From Terriglobia bacterium (GTDB lineage Bacteria > Acidobacteriota > Terriglobia > JAIQFV01): 64,000 bases of DNA. Positions 1 to 9,531 of the stretch are shown here, piece by piece. The stretch covers positions 124,162-188,161 of the forward strand of contig JAIQFV010000009.1 of NCBI GenBank assembly GCA_020073085.1, in the 5' to 3' direction. How positions within the stretch are numbered: position 1 is the stretch's first letter; the number at the start of each line of letters is the position of its first letter. Under the pieces are notes generated by a model. The model was given only the letters and a program-made list of their open reading frames with translations, did no database searches and had not been told where the DNA came from. A program made the translations under genes and the position numbers.

Positions 1-711
1 CACCAGCACTACCGAAGCGGCATCAAACGAGACATAGCGGTGCAAGGCACGAAACAGGGAGCGAAACAACTCTTCCCGGTTGAGGTGTGACGCGATCGCA
101 TTGTTGACCTCGAGAATCAGCTGGTGCTGTCGTTCGAGGCGCACTTTTTCCTGCAAGGCAAAATTGTCTTGCTCGAGTTTTCGTGACACCCGTTTCAACT
201 GCTCATAAGTGGTCGCGTTGTCGTAGGCCAGGGCCACGATCCGAGACACCTCTTCAAACAACGTCCGGTCTTCAGGGGAATACGCATTCACACGACGGCT
301 GGCAATCGAAAGGATGCCCGCGACACGGTCCCTGACCACCAGGGGGACCGCACATCCCGAACGCAATCCGCCCTGCATCAGCTTCGTTGCACTCAGCGTG
401 AACTGCTCGGCTTTCCCAAAATCGGGGATCACTATGGATTCGCGGTGGTCATAAACCCAGCCGGCAATGCTCCCCTTGCGCGGGACCTTCACGTATCTGG
501 TCAACACCGCGCTAGGGGCATCGATCTCCAACATCTGAATCTGAAAGCCGTCTTCATCGGGATCCGGGATGAGCACCGCCGCATAATTGAGATCCACGAG
601 GCGACGCAGCGATTTGACCGCAGCATGAAACACGCCGTCCGGATCAAGTTTTGACACGGTGGCCGTTGTCATTTCGAGAAAAGCCCGGTATTTTTGTTCT
701 ACTGAACTCAT
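1..711 (-). CDS. GAF-domain protein, probably the N-terminus of an FhlA-like sigma-54 activator (runs off the window edge)
   Basis: Not in the ORF track. Manual translation from ATG at 711 gives MSSVEQKYRAFLEM...GLRSGCAVPLVVRDRVAGILSIASRRVNAYSPEDRTLF...LILEVNNAIASHLNREELF, open to position 1. This reads as a GAF domain, a coiled coil and the start of a second GAF, as in FhlA. Confidence 0.75.
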   Translation of the reverse strand, partial: MSSVEQKYRAFLEMTTATVSKLDPDGVFHAAVKSLRRLVDLNYAAVLIPDPDEDGFQIQMLEIDAPSAVLTRYVKVPRKGSIAGWVYDHRESIVIPDFGKAEQFTLSATKLMQGGLRSGCAVPLVVRDRVAGILSIASRRVNAYSPEDRTLFEEVSRIVALAYDNATTYEQLKRVSRKLEQDNFALQEKVRLERQHQLILEVNNAIASHLNREELFRSLFRALHRYVSFDAASVVLV

Positions 712-759
712 ATCATTCTGGTGACTGAAGATTGTTTCCCTGATTAAACCTGAAGGCAA

Positions 760-815
760 TCTCCACAAGCTTCCTTTGCGATCCTTGCACCTTCGTTGCG
801 GCCTTTGCGGTTACC
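760..815. repeat. Degenerate short (about 9-bp) tandem repeat, ctttgcg-type
   Basis: cttcctttgcgatccttgcaccttcgttgcggcctttgcggttacc in the intergenic region. Confidence 0.4.
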
Positions 816-845
816 TTTTCGTCCTCGGAAAATTCCCGAGCACCC

Positions 846-1799
846 TCAATCGAGAATCCTCTCCCCTATTTTCTGCTCCAGTGCCCTCTCATAGACTGTC
901 GCGCCGACGGCAAGATCTTCCAGCGCGATCCCGAGGGACTTAAAGAATGTAATCTCACCATTCGTTTCCCGGCCCTTTGATCTCCCGGTCACGACCCAGC
1001 CCAGTTCCCCCACCTTCTCCCAGTACATCAGACCGCGTTCCACGCATCTTTGGAATTCTCCTGCTTCCATTTTGGCCTGATCGAGGGAATCAACGACAAT
1101 CCGGTCCGATCGCAGGACCGTGGTTGTATCCACCTCAGCGCGAAGCGGGGAATTTCCCCCGATCACATTGAGATGCGCCCCCTCGCCGAGCCAGTCCCCG
1201 TCGAAGAGCGGTTCTGTTGCCATTGTGGCAGTAATGATGATGTCCGAACCCTCGACGACAGACCTCGCCTCAGTAACAGGCTGGACTTCAATTTTCAGCG
1301 CTGCCTCCATCGTCTTGCAGAAAGCCTGCCTTCGATCGGTCTTTCGGGAGAACGCCCTGACACGTCTGATTTTTCTTACAGCACATACGGCCTGCAATTG
1401 GGTTTGGGCCTGGTATCCCGTCCCGAAAATCCCGACGTTGGCGGCCTCTTCCCGTGCCATCCATTTCGTGGCAATCCCGCTGGCCGCGCCGGTCCGCATC
1501 TGCCCCATGCGGTCTGCCTCGATAATCGCCAGCAACTCACCGGTTTCTGAATGGTAGAGGTTGACCAGGAACTTTGAACCAGAAGTGAACCAGGTGTATG
1601 CCTTGAAACCGATGACTCCGAACGCGGGAAGTCCAGCCACCATCAGATTCAACCCGCCATGTTTTTGATGGATGCGGGCGCGGGGCAGATTCATGGCGCG
1701 GCCATGCCCCAACTCCACAAAGGCACGCTCCACCGAGGCCAGGGCCGTCGGCATGTCCAGCAATCGCTCCACATCGGATTCCCGCAAAAGCAGCGCCAC
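846..1799 (-). CDS. Ornithine cyclodeaminase/mu-crystallin family protein
   Basis: Motifs MRTGAASG, GIFGTGYQA (Rossmann), DIIITAT and FKSLGIALED. Confidence 0.92.
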   Translation of the reverse strand: MALLLRESDVERLLDMPTALASVERAFVELGHGRAMNLPRARIHQKHGGLNLMVAGLPAFGVIGFKAYTWFTSGSKFLVNLYHSETGELLAIIEADRMGQMRTGAASGIATKWMAREEAANVGIFGTGYQAQTQLQAVCAVRKIRRVRAFSRKTDRRQAFCKTMEAALKIEVQPVTEARSVVEGSDIIITATMATEPLFDGDWLGEGAHLNVIGGNSPLRAEVDTTTVLRSDRIVVDSLDQAKMEAGEFQRCVERGLMYWEKVGELGWVVTGRSKGRETNGEITFFKSLGIALEDLAVGATVYERALEQKIGERILD

Positions 1800-1905
1800 A
1801 GTTTACCTGTCCCTGAAAATTGTTAAACTTGATACAACCACAGTGGTATAAAATGTGTCAATGCGAAACGAGCTTCGGCTCGTACTACGAAAATTCACGA
1901 TTGAT

Positions 1906-1988
1906 GGGAAGGTCAGGGAGAGACACCTTTTCTTAGAACCTCTCGCGGGAATGTTAACAAAGCAGGTGTCTGTCCCTTTTTCCCGAAA
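1906..1988. repeat. REP-like inverted repeat (agacacc...ggtgtct)
   Basis: gggagagacacctttt...gcaggtgtctgtccctttttccc. Confidence 0.45.
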
Positions 1989-2011
1989 ATTCACAGTTAA
2001 TGGGAGATCCT

Positions 2012-2227
2012 ATGGGAGAAGGCTTATTTCAGCCGATGCATTTGCTGGTTATCCTGGTCATTGCGATCTTCGTCTTTGGCCCCAAGAAATTACCGGAGTT
2101 GGGAAAGAGCCTGGGAGAAGGGATTAAGGGCTTCAAAGATGCAATGAACGGAGGGCTTTCCGCTGAAGATACGAAATACAAGGAAGCCCCCAAGCAGATT
2201 GAAGAGAAGTCGTCGGCGGAGAAATAG
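2012..2227 (+). CDS. tatA: Twin-arginine translocase TatA/TatE subunit
   Basis: Single TM followed by [21 protein letters not shown]. Confidence 0.95.
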   Translation: MGEGLFQPMHLLVILVIAIFVFGPKKLPELGKSLGEGIKGFKDAMNGGLSAEDTKYKEAPKQIEEKSSAEK

Positions 2228-2279
2228 GGATTCGGGTGTCGGGTCCCATCTCCCCGAAGGATGTTGAAGGTTGCAATCT

Positions 2280-2420
2280 TATAGCTCCGCTAGGAGTGGC
2301 ATATTTATAGGGGAAGGGGTCCTAAACGGCATTTGTCGAGCTCCAGCGGAGCGACATCGTACCTGGGGGAAATCGGGATAGAGGCCTTGGCTATAAGCAT
2401 ATCGCTCCTCTCGGAGACTT
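2280..2420. mobile_element. Non-autonomous palindromic element (REP/PATE-like)
   Basis: agctccgctaggagtggcat, agctccagcggagcgacat and an inverted copy ctataagcatatcgctcctctcggag. No ORF. Confidence 0.5.
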
Positions 2421-2449
2421 ACTGAGAAATACGTGACTCTCACTATATT

Positions 2450-3208
2450 TCATTTGCCGATAAGGCGTCCAAAGTCTCGAATCATCATGTCGATAGTATC
2501 TTCGCCAACAAGGATAAATCGCTCTGGAGATCGAAATGTGCACGTGCGACGGATGAATGGAGGAAGGAGTTTGCCCAAAAAAAACATAAATGAAAATCCC
2601 AAAAATATGAACTTGTAGCGCCAGTAATTGCTGAGCTTCCCACCGTACGGAATGAAAACTGACGTCCAAAACTTTTCGGCTGGGACGATGCTCACCCAAA
2701 CAGCCGCATCACTTGGAAAGTTGACCTCGCCGAGAAGATACAAGCGCAGTTCCTCTTCATACCGCGATCCAAGGCTTGGGGTGAGAAGCAGATCTTTTCC
2801 TGACTTCCAAGCATGCGCTGAACCCCGCCACAAAACACTCGCCACGAAGTAAGTGAGCTTCCCGACGTCTATTTCAGCGATATTCGCCGAGGAATAAACC
2901 TTGAGCCGATTGCTAAGCAGAGGCTGAGTTCGATCGATCAGAGCTTTCAACTTGAACCCTTCGCCAACTCTGGAACAATAATCGAGAACCCATCGCTCCC
3001 CGTTCACATCGAATCGTTCTTCGCATTCCATGCAGAGCACGTAGTCTGTAATCTGCTCATTCTTTTGTATGATAACCGCTGGCTTGATAACCACAGGTGG
3101 GGCACCTTCGGATTGCTGTATGAGCTTGTACGCTGCCTTTGGTATAAAGTGGCTCCTGCATAGATCGCGATTCAAGTGACAGAGTTTGCATCTTCGGACT
3201 GGACCCAT
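2450..3208 (-). CDS. Hypothetical protein with an HNH-like Zn-binding N-terminus
   Basis: CKLC...SHFIPK...LCMECEERF pattern; lower GC than its neighbours. Confidence 0.6.
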   Translation of the reverse strand: MGPVRRCKLCHLNRDLCRSHFIPKAAYKLIQQSEGAPPVVIKPAVIIQKNEQITDYVLCMECEERFDVNGERWVLDYCSRVGEGFKLKALIDRTQPLLSNRLKVYSSANIAEIDVGKLTYFVASVLWRGSAHAWKSGKDLLLTPSLGSRYEEELRLYLLGEVNFPSDAAVWVSIVPAEKFWTSVFIPYGGKLSNYWRYKFIFLGFSFMFFLGKLLPPFIRRTCTFRSPERFILVGEDTIDMMIRDFGRLIGK

Positions 3209-3391
3209 TGTTAATCCTGCATCCTTAGGTAACTTAGAGGATTTTATTCAACATGGCTCCGCAACTTGCCTTTCCTCTTCATCCTCCTCGCGGGCATACT
3301 GGACAAGATCTCAATCGTTGCGCCGAAATTCAATTGTCACAAAAGTTCCCCCTGAAGCGGGGATGTGATTACCCCATCTTAAACCATCAAT

Positions 3392-3449
3392 CGATGGTGC
3401 CTGGTCTCAACAATCAACGAATCACCTTGTTGAATTTTGAAACCTACCC
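3392..3449. repeat. 58-bp direct repeat, copy 1 (imperfect hairpin)
   Basis: Matches 5181-5238 with 5 mismatches. Confidence 0.85.
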
Positions 3450-3552
3450 CCTATTTCTTTCTGCCCTAATTCTTTCGGTAATATAATAGTGAAGTGAAGC
3501 CAATCAACTTCGCCCGATACTCTCCGTATGATTGATCCAGGCGGTCAGCGCA

Positions 3553-5151
3553 TCAAGGCAGAACCACCTTCTGAAAGAACTTGTCGGCCGTCTTGGGATC
3601 GAGGGTTTTCAGCTTCTCGTAAACCTTGACGACATCCGATCGCTGGCCATTCTGATTGTAATAGAGGCCCAAGTTGTACCACGCCTCTGCATCGTCCGGT
3701 TTCAGCCGGATGGCGTCCTGAGTTGCGCTGATCGCCTTGTCGAATTGTCCAAGGCGGCGGTAGGCGGTACCCAAGTTCACCCATGCGTCTGCATGGTCTG
3801 GTTTCAACCGGATGGCTTCCCGCAAGGCGCTAACCTCCTTGTCGTATTGTCCATGGCTGCCGTAGGCAGTGCCCAAGTTGTACCACGTGTCTGCATGGTC
3901 CGGTTTCAACCGGATGGCTTCCTGCAAGGCGCTAACCTCCTCGTCGTATTGTCCAAGACTGCTGTAGAAAGTGCCCAGGTTGACCCACGGGTCTGCATCG
4001 TCCGGTTTCAGCCGGATGGCTTCCTGCAAGGCGCTGATCGCCTTCTCATATTGTCCAAGACTGCCGTAGAAAGTGCCCAGGTTGTACCACGCCTCTGCAT
4101 GGTCCGATTTTAACCGGATGGCTTCCTGCAAGGCATCAATTGCCTTGTCGTATTGTCTAAGGCGGCCGTAGGTAGTGCCCAAGTTGTACCACGCGTCTGC
4201 ATCGCCCGGTCTCAGGCGAATGGCTTCCTGCAAGGCGCTAATCGCCTTCTCATATTGTCCAAGGTTAAAGTAAGATACTCCCAAGTTATACCATTCCACT
4301 GCAAAGTCCGGTTTCAGTCGGATGGCTTCTCGGTAAGCGCTGACCGCCTCCTCGTATTTGCCCGCCTTTTGGGCTTCGTACCCCTTCACGAGCCACACGA
4401 AGCACTGGAAGGCGGGACTGTTACCGCGAGCGGCGGGCGCGGCGGTTGCAGGTTGGCGGTCGAGCGCCAGCGTCCACTCGCCCGGCAGGGCAAAATTCAA
4501 GCTCTGGCCCTCTTTAAGATAAAACGTGGTAATGCCTACCAGCTGTCCTTCAGCGTCAAACAGTCCGCCGCCACTTGATCCGGGGGAAATGGCGGCTGAA
4601 GTCTGAATCACCCGGTCTTTATCGAAATCTCGCAAGCCGGAAATCAGACCTTCTGAAATGGTCAGCTCCAGACCCTGCGGCGCGCCAATAGCATAAACCT
4701 TCTCACCCACAGCGAGCGTAGAAGAATCACGAACTTGAACAGCAGGGGCAGCGAGCCCAGCGACGGAAAGCTCCGCCAGGTCATGGTCGGCATCAACCTT
4801 CACGAGCCGGGCAGGCCACGTCTTTCCGGCATGACCGACCCTGAAGCTCACGCCATTCTCGATAACATGGCGGTTCGTCACAACGCGCCCCGTCGCGATA
4901 ATCACTCCGCTGCCGAAGGCCGCGACTGAACCCTTCGCTTCGAGCGACTCAACCACCATCACGGAAGGGGAGACACGCTTGAAGATTTCCTGCGGCGAGA
5001 GCGGCACAAGAGGACGCTGGCCTAGAGGCGTCTTAATACCTCGCACTTCGGGGACGTCTTGGTTGCGAACCTCCTGTGCTTGGAGAAAAACGACAAAAAG
5101 GAAGGATAAAATTGAGACTGTTACCAAAGAAGGTGAGAATCGACGCATCAT
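3553..5151 (-). CDS. Secreted trypsin-like (S1C) serine protease with C-terminal TPR repeats
   Basis: Signal peptide; catalytic motifs TNRHV, DLAEL and ISPGSSGG; about eight 34-aa TPRs (AWYNLG..Y..LGQYEKAI). Start placed at ATG 5151 after GGAGG. Confidence 0.92.
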   Translation of the reverse strand: MMRRFSPSLVTVSILSFLFVVFLQAQEVRNQDVPEVRGIKTPLGQRPLVPLSPQEIFKRVSPSVMVVESLEAKGSVAAFGSGVIIATGRVVTNRHVIENGVSFRVGHAGKTWPARLVKVDADHDLAELSVAGLAAPAVQVRDSSTLAVGEKVYAIGAPQGLELTISEGLISGLRDFDKDRVIQTSAAISPGSSGGGLFDAEGQLVGITTFYLKEGQSLNFALPGEWTLALDRQPATAAPAARGNSPAFQCFVWLVKGYEAQKAGKYEEAVSAYREAIRLKPDFAVEWYNLGVSYFNLGQYEKAISALQEAIRLRPGDADAWYNLGTTYGRLRQYDKAIDALQEAIRLKSDHAEAWYNLGTFYGSLGQYEKAISALQEAIRLKPDDADPWVNLGTFYSSLGQYDEEVSALQEAIRLKPDHADTWYNLGTAYGSHGQYDKEVSALREAIRLKPDHADAWVNLGTAYRRLGQFDKAISATQDAIRLKPDDAEAWYNLGLYYNQNGQRSDVVKVYEKLKTLDPKTADKFFQKVVLP

Positions 5152-5180
5152 AATAGCCTCCATCGTGATGACTTCAAAAA

Positions 5181-5238
5181 CGATGGTGCCTAGTCTCAAC
5201 AATCAACGAGTCAGCTTGTTGAATTGTGAAACCTGCCC
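5181..5238. repeat. 58-bp direct repeat, copy 2
   Basis: cgatggtgcctagtctcaacaatcaacgagtcagcttgttgaattgtgaaacctgccc. Confidence 0.85.
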
Positions 5239-5365
5239 GTCAGAAAATTTGATCAAGTGTCAAGAAAGTCGCTTGGAAAATTTGTCAATCCACGAAGGGC
5301 GAAGCCCTATAAATCTTCCGGGCTCGAACCGGTTGCCTTTGCCAACCGTGTCAGCAGACGAGGAA

Positions 5366-5554
5366 CTATCTCTTTAATTCAGGGGAAATTTCATCACGCT
5401 CAAGCCGGTCAGCCACCACGCGAAGGGCCAGGGCTTGCACTTTCGCACGAGCCTCTTGTGGAGTCCCACCATAGGCCAAGACGCCAGGGAGTTCTGCAAC
5501 CTCTGCTATCCAGCGTCCATCTTCCTCTTGTTCCAGCTCAACCAAAAAAGTCAT
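5366..5554 (-). CDS. hicB: HicB-family antitoxin (short form, no adjacent hicA seen)
   Basis: EQEEDGRWIAEVAELPGVLAYGGTPQEA is the HicB signature. Confidence 0.85.
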   Translation of the reverse strand: MTFLVELEQEEDGRWIAEVAELPGVLAYGGTPQEARAKVQALALRVVADRLERDEISPELKR

Positions 5555-5659
5555 GCAATACTCCGCTTGTCCTATCTCCTGCGAATCGATTCTATCATAG
5601 TCCCTCCGAGTGAAAGAATTCCGCCTCAGACCTTACTAATTTCCAATCCAGGAAAAGAG

Positions 5660-5833
5660 CGGGTGCCGCAGACATGTCCGCCTGGGCGGACATGTCTGCG
5701 AAGAGTGATCCATGACGCCTCTACTCTCCCCGGCAAGGCCACCGGCAAATCCCCCAAGGGCCACGACCAGCCGCGGCCTTCAGGATTCTGGCAGACGCAG
5801 GCATGCACACAACGCATGCCTGCGGCACCCCGG
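5660..5833. repeat. REP-like hairpin pair (gcaggcatg...catgcctgc family)
   Basis: cgggtgccgcagacatgtccgcctgggcggacatgtctgcg and gcaggcatgcacacaacgcatgcctgcggcacccgg in opposite orientation. Confidence 0.8.
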
Positions 5834-5892
5834 CAACCCTATTCTTTTTCCTCAGGATTAGGCCGTGAATCACCCCTAACGCCAGAATTCTC

Positions 5893-6161
5893 ATCCCACT
5901 ACCGGGAGGTGGTGGATCATTCAGATTCAGCCTACCTACGGACCGCGTCCGACTGGAAAATCCCTCCCGCGGAAGCTGGTGGATCGTTCAAATCCCGACT
6001 TTCACTAGGGCGGGGACTGACAACTTCCCCTGCTTTCCTGCCGTCGACTCAGAAATGGCCGTGATCCCTGGCAATGGAGTCACCAAGCTACTTCAGAAAG
6101 CATGGTGGTTTTGTTTTGATGGTAGGACTTGAATCATCCCCCAACCCCCGTTGGGGGAATT
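5893..6161. mobile_element. Non-autonomous IS200/IS605-type palindromic element remnant
   Basis: Two related units (cccactaccgggaggtggtggatcattcaga and ccctcccgcggaagctggtggatcgttcaaa) plus an inverted unit ttgaatcatcccccaacccccgttggggga. No tnpA. Confidence 0.5.
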
Positions 6162-6209
6162 AAGATTTTCAGGTCCGACCTCTCCCACGGTAAAATGCTC
6201 GCCATTTTT

Positions 6210-6716
6210 TCATCGGCGCCTTCGCACTTCCTCGAGAGTGCGGCGCAGGAGGCCTAAAACTGCCTTGTCCTTGTCGCGGGCAAATTCGGCTTTCATCTCG
6301 ATCAGTTTCTCGAGGGTCAGAACGCGCACCTTCAGCCCGTTTGGGAGATTCAGTTCAGACGTGGCATTCAGCAGTTCTGCATACCCACGATCCAGATTCT
6401 TTCCAATCGCCCCGAGAAGGTCGAGTGGCCCATACTGCGTCATCAAAAGTTGATGTCCCGGGGACGACAGATGAGATCGGACGGGTTTGCTTCGACGAAT
6501 CCCCTGTTCGCGGAAGTATGCTTTAAGGGATTTCAAGGCGGCCATAAGCCGTTCAACGTTTTCGGGGTCCCGCGAATGCACCAGATCCAAATCAAAGGTG
6601 GAGATCGGCGCGCCATGCAAAACAGCACAAACACCCCCGACGATGATGAAATCAACCTTGTGCTTTCGAAGGGTCTGGAGAATGGAAAGGAAATCAGCCT
6701 TTGAAATTGTTTTCAC
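6210..6716 (-). CDS. Nucleotidyltransferase (Pol-beta superfamily), putative TA component
   Basis: FIIVGGVCAVLHG..STFDLDLV (GG...DxD), LDLL, and C-terminal LIEMK...RDKD. Confidence 0.85.
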   Translation of the reverse strand: MKTISKADFLSILQTLRKHKVDFIIVGGVCAVLHGAPISTFDLDLVHSRDPENVERLMAALKSLKAYFREQGIRRSKPVRSHLSSPGHQLLMTQYGPLDLLGAIGKNLDRGYAELLNATSELNLPNGLKVRVLTLEKLIEMKAEFARDKDKAVLGLLRRTLEEVRRRR

Positions 6717-6906
6717 TGCGCAACCTCATCATTGCGCGCACATGATTTTGTAGAGTCTCGAGACGCTCGGCAGGGGTCAATGAAAGCATCCATCGAATGA
6801 GTGACACGTCGATCCCATCTTCGTTGTATGTCTCCCTCTTCCCGAAGGACTGGATCAGATCTTTCCCTGTTTTTCGACTGGCCACTGGTGTCATTCGCCG
6901 CTTCAT
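6694..6906 (-). CDS. Small partner protein of the nucleotidyltransferase (putative antitoxin)
   Basis: 70 aa, GIDVSLIRWMLSLTPAERL motif, overlaps the NTase start by 23 bp. Confidence 0.7.
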   Translation of the reverse strand: MKRRMTPVASRKTGKDLIQSFGKRETYNEDGIDVSLIRWMLSLTPAERLETLQNHVRAMMRLRSENNFKG

Positions 6907-7177
6907 TTCAACTCCCCCACATGATGCAGTCTACCCGAAGGAATCAATAGAGGCCCACGGTCTGCCTCTTGACAGGCAGTAAGTTTTCAGCTGTTCAGGA
7001 TCACATATTATTCTTTTTCCAGGTGGCAGGTAAGAAAATCTACCCCTGTGTGAGTCCCCCTGCGCCTTTTCATGCCCGGAACGCTCAGGCATGTTCCGCT
7101 GTTCTTAAAGATTCAGATCGGCACTCCTGATGCGTTCACAATTTTCGTATCAGACCCTTCCAATCGGATGACATCCC

Positions 7178-7480
7178 TCATTGGTGAACGTTCGACAGCG
7201 GTTGAATGCGCCGCACATGGATTTGGTTCTCGCGTTTACGGGTTTGAGCGATGTCGTAAGAGGCTTGCATTCGCATGAGCGTGTCCATCTTCACTCCAAA
7301 GGCTTTCTCGATACGGAGTGCCATGTTCCCGGAAAGGTCAGCCTTGGCGTTGAGCAGGCTGGAGAGCGCGGGCCGGGAAACATGAAGCGCGGCCGCCGCC
7401 GCCGTCACCGAAAGCCCCGCGGGCTCGATAATCTCCGTCCGAATGAAATCTCCGGGATGGGGCGGGTTCTTCATAGGCAT
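7178..7480 (-). CDS. higA: HigA-family antitoxin
   Basis: PPHPGDFIR, HTH, MALRIEKAFG, LMRMQASYD. Confidence 0.95.
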   Translation of the reverse strand: MPMKNPPHPGDFIRTEIIEPAGLSVTAAAAALHVSRPALSSLLNAKADLSGNMALRIEKAFGVKMDTLMRMQASYDIAQTRKRENQIHVRRIQPLSNVHQ

Positions 7481-7499
7481 GGCGTTTACTCCTCTTATC

Positions 7500-7790
7500 T
7501 TAGTGATAGTCTTCCAAATTCAAGTCGCAGATTTCGCGTTCTGCAATGTCGATCCGGAACGTTAAGCGGCGATTGCGGGTGACGCTGAGGCTCCATGTGT
7601 CCTTGCGGTCACCAGTAAGAGTGTGCACCTTCCACGCCGGCAGCGAGCGTAATTCCTGGGGGTCTTGCATGTCATCGAGAAACGCCAGCATCTTGCGAAG
7701 CTTTTCCACCGTATCGGTTGGAACGCTCCTGGCGCTGTCTTCCGCGTAGAGCCTCTTCAGGCCCTTATGGACAAAGTTCCGTATTTTCAC
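7500..7790 (-). CDS. higB: HigB (RelE/ParE superfamily) toxin
   Basis: GTG start at 7790: KIRNFVHKGLKRLY...HTLTGDRKDTWSLSVTRNRRLTFR...LEDYH; toxin gene precedes antitoxin gene. Confidence 0.93.
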   Translation of the reverse strand: MKIRNFVHKGLKRLYAEDSARSVPTDTVEKLRKMLAFLDDMQDPQELRSLPAWKVHTLTGDRKDTWSLSVTRNRRLTFRIDIAEREICDLNLEDYH

Positions 7791-7853
7791 CAGACCGACT
7801 GTAGCCCGTCGCTTAACACTTGTCAAGTGGGGTCCCTGAGTGCGCTGCACACC

Positions 7854-8177
7854 CCCCGGTGCAGCCACCCGCAAATTCCCCTAGGATAACGCCGTCGGCG
7901 GTCTTCAGGACTCTGGCAGACGCAGGCATGCACAAGACGCATGCCTGCGGCACCCGGGAAAAACAGTGAGTCTTGGGACCCTTTCGATTGCCACTCAAGG
8001 ACGGTCACGAATGCCGCAGACATGGGCTTTTTGCATTGCTGCGAAGGGCGGTACCTGGAGCCGCTACTCCCCCGAAGGAGGGCGCCCGCAGATCTTCAAA
8101 GGGGCGGGCCGACCGGCACTCTTCGAGACTCTGGCAGACGCAGGCATGCAAAAAATGCATGCCTGCGGCCCCCCGGG
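7854..8177. repeat. Cluster of three REP-like hairpins (same family as 5660-5833)
   Basis: gactctggcagacgcaggcatgc...gcatgcctgcggc at about 7909-7957 and 8128-8177, with an inverted degenerate copy at about 8012-8043. Confidence 0.8.
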
Positions 8178-8281
8178 TACCTGCTCCCGTTTGACTCTCT
8201 AGTCTCCTCTGCCTATAATTGCCGTTACTTATTTACCGCCTCTTTCACGCATTCGCCCTCTCTCAGGGCAAGGAGTCATTC

Positions 8282-9469
8282 ATGAGCTCTGACGAACTTG
8301 CGCCCGTCATCATTTCAGGTGTCCGGACGCCCATCGGGCGATTCTTGGGCGGGTTGAAACCGCTCTCGGCAGTCGCGCTGGGCGCCATTGCTGTCAAGGC
8401 GGCAGTAGAGCGGGCGGGATTTGAACCCAAACAAATTGATGAGTGCATCATGGGGAATGTGGTGCAAGCCGGGCTCGGTCAAAATCCAGCACGCCAAGCC
8501 GCCCTCGGCGGCGGGCTGCTCCCCCAGGTCGGGGCCTTTACAGTCAACAAGGTTTGCGGCTCCGGACTGAAAGCGGTGGGACTTGCAGCGCAGGCCATCC
8601 AGTGCGAGGACCAGGAGATCGTCGTTGCGGGCGGGATGGAATCGATGTCCAACGCCCCTTACCTTATCCGCAAGCTTCGCGAGGGCTACCGGCTGGGAAA
8701 CGGTGAGGTCATTGATTCCATGATCCACGATGGGCTGTGGGATGCCTACGAGGACTACCACATGGGATTGACGGGCGAACTCGTCGCAGAAAAACACAAG
8801 GTCTCTCGCGAGGAAATGGACGAGTACGCGCTGAATTCCCATCAAAAGGCGATCCGGGCCATCAAAGAGTGCCATTTCGAATCCCAGGTTGTTCCTGTTG
8901 AAATTGCCTCCAGGAAGGGGACAACGGTCATCAAGGTTGACGAAGGACCGCGCGAAGATTCTTCGTTGGAGGCCCTGCGTGCACTCAAACCCGTATTCAA
9001 GAAGGACGGCACCGTCACTGCCGGCAACGCCCCCGGAATGAACGATGGGGCTGCGGCGCTGGTCGTCACTTCCCGTAAGAAGGCCGACGCGCTCGGCAAA
9101 AAGTCCCTGGCGCACATCGTCGGCCAAGCCACGGCCGGACTCGAACCGAAATGGGTCATGATGACCCCGGTGCCCGCAGTGCAAAAACTCTTGCCCAAGA
9201 TCGGTTGGAAAAAGGAAGATGTCGATCTCTGGGAATTGAACGAGGCGTTCGCGGTGCAATCGGTCGCCGTCGTCCGCGAGCTGGGGCTCGACCCCGAAAA
9301 GGTCAACGTGAATGGCGGAGCAGTGGCCCTGGGTCACCCCATCGGCGCGAGCGGCGCCCGGATCCTGGTGACCTTGCTCCACGAGATGATTCGACGGGAC
9401 TTGCACCGTGGCGTGGCCGCCCTTTGCATGGGCGGTGGCAACGGAATGGCCCTGGCCATCGAACGATGA
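8282..9469 (+). CDS. Acetyl-CoA C-acetyltransferase (thiolase)
   Basis: [20 protein letters not shown] and LCMGGGNG motifs; GGAG RBS before ATG 8282. Confidence 0.96.
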   Translation: MSSDELAPVIISGVRTPIGRFLGGLKPLSAVALGAIAVKAAVERAGFEPKQIDECIMGNVVQAGLGQNPARQAALGGGLLPQVGAFTVNKVCGSGLKAVGLAAQAIQCEDQEIVVAGGMESMSNAPYLIRKLREGYRLGNGEVIDSMIHDGLWDAYEDYHMGLTGELVAEKHKVSREEMDEYALNSHQKAIRAIKECHFESQVVPVEIASRKGTTVIKVDEGPREDSSLEALRALKPVFKKDGTVTAGNAPGMNDGAAALVVTSRKKADALGKKSLAHIVGQATAGLEPKWVMMTPVPAVQKLLPKIGWKKEDVDLWELNEAFAVQSVAVVRELGLDPEKVNVNGGAVALGHPIGASGARILVTLLHEMIRRDLHRGVAALCMGGGNGMALAIER

Positions 9470-9531
9470 AAATGGACTTCTGGCGGCGGTCTTTGGATCT
9501 CCCATTCGGCAAACATAAAGGAGCAATTGAC

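Noticed and set aside
3404-3443. 40-nt core ending in TGAAAC as a CRISPR repeat or integron attC
   Set aside because: Only two copies 1.8 kb apart; too short and lacking proper RYYYAAC/GTTRRRY outer boxes; no integrase in the window. Kept only as a direct repeat.
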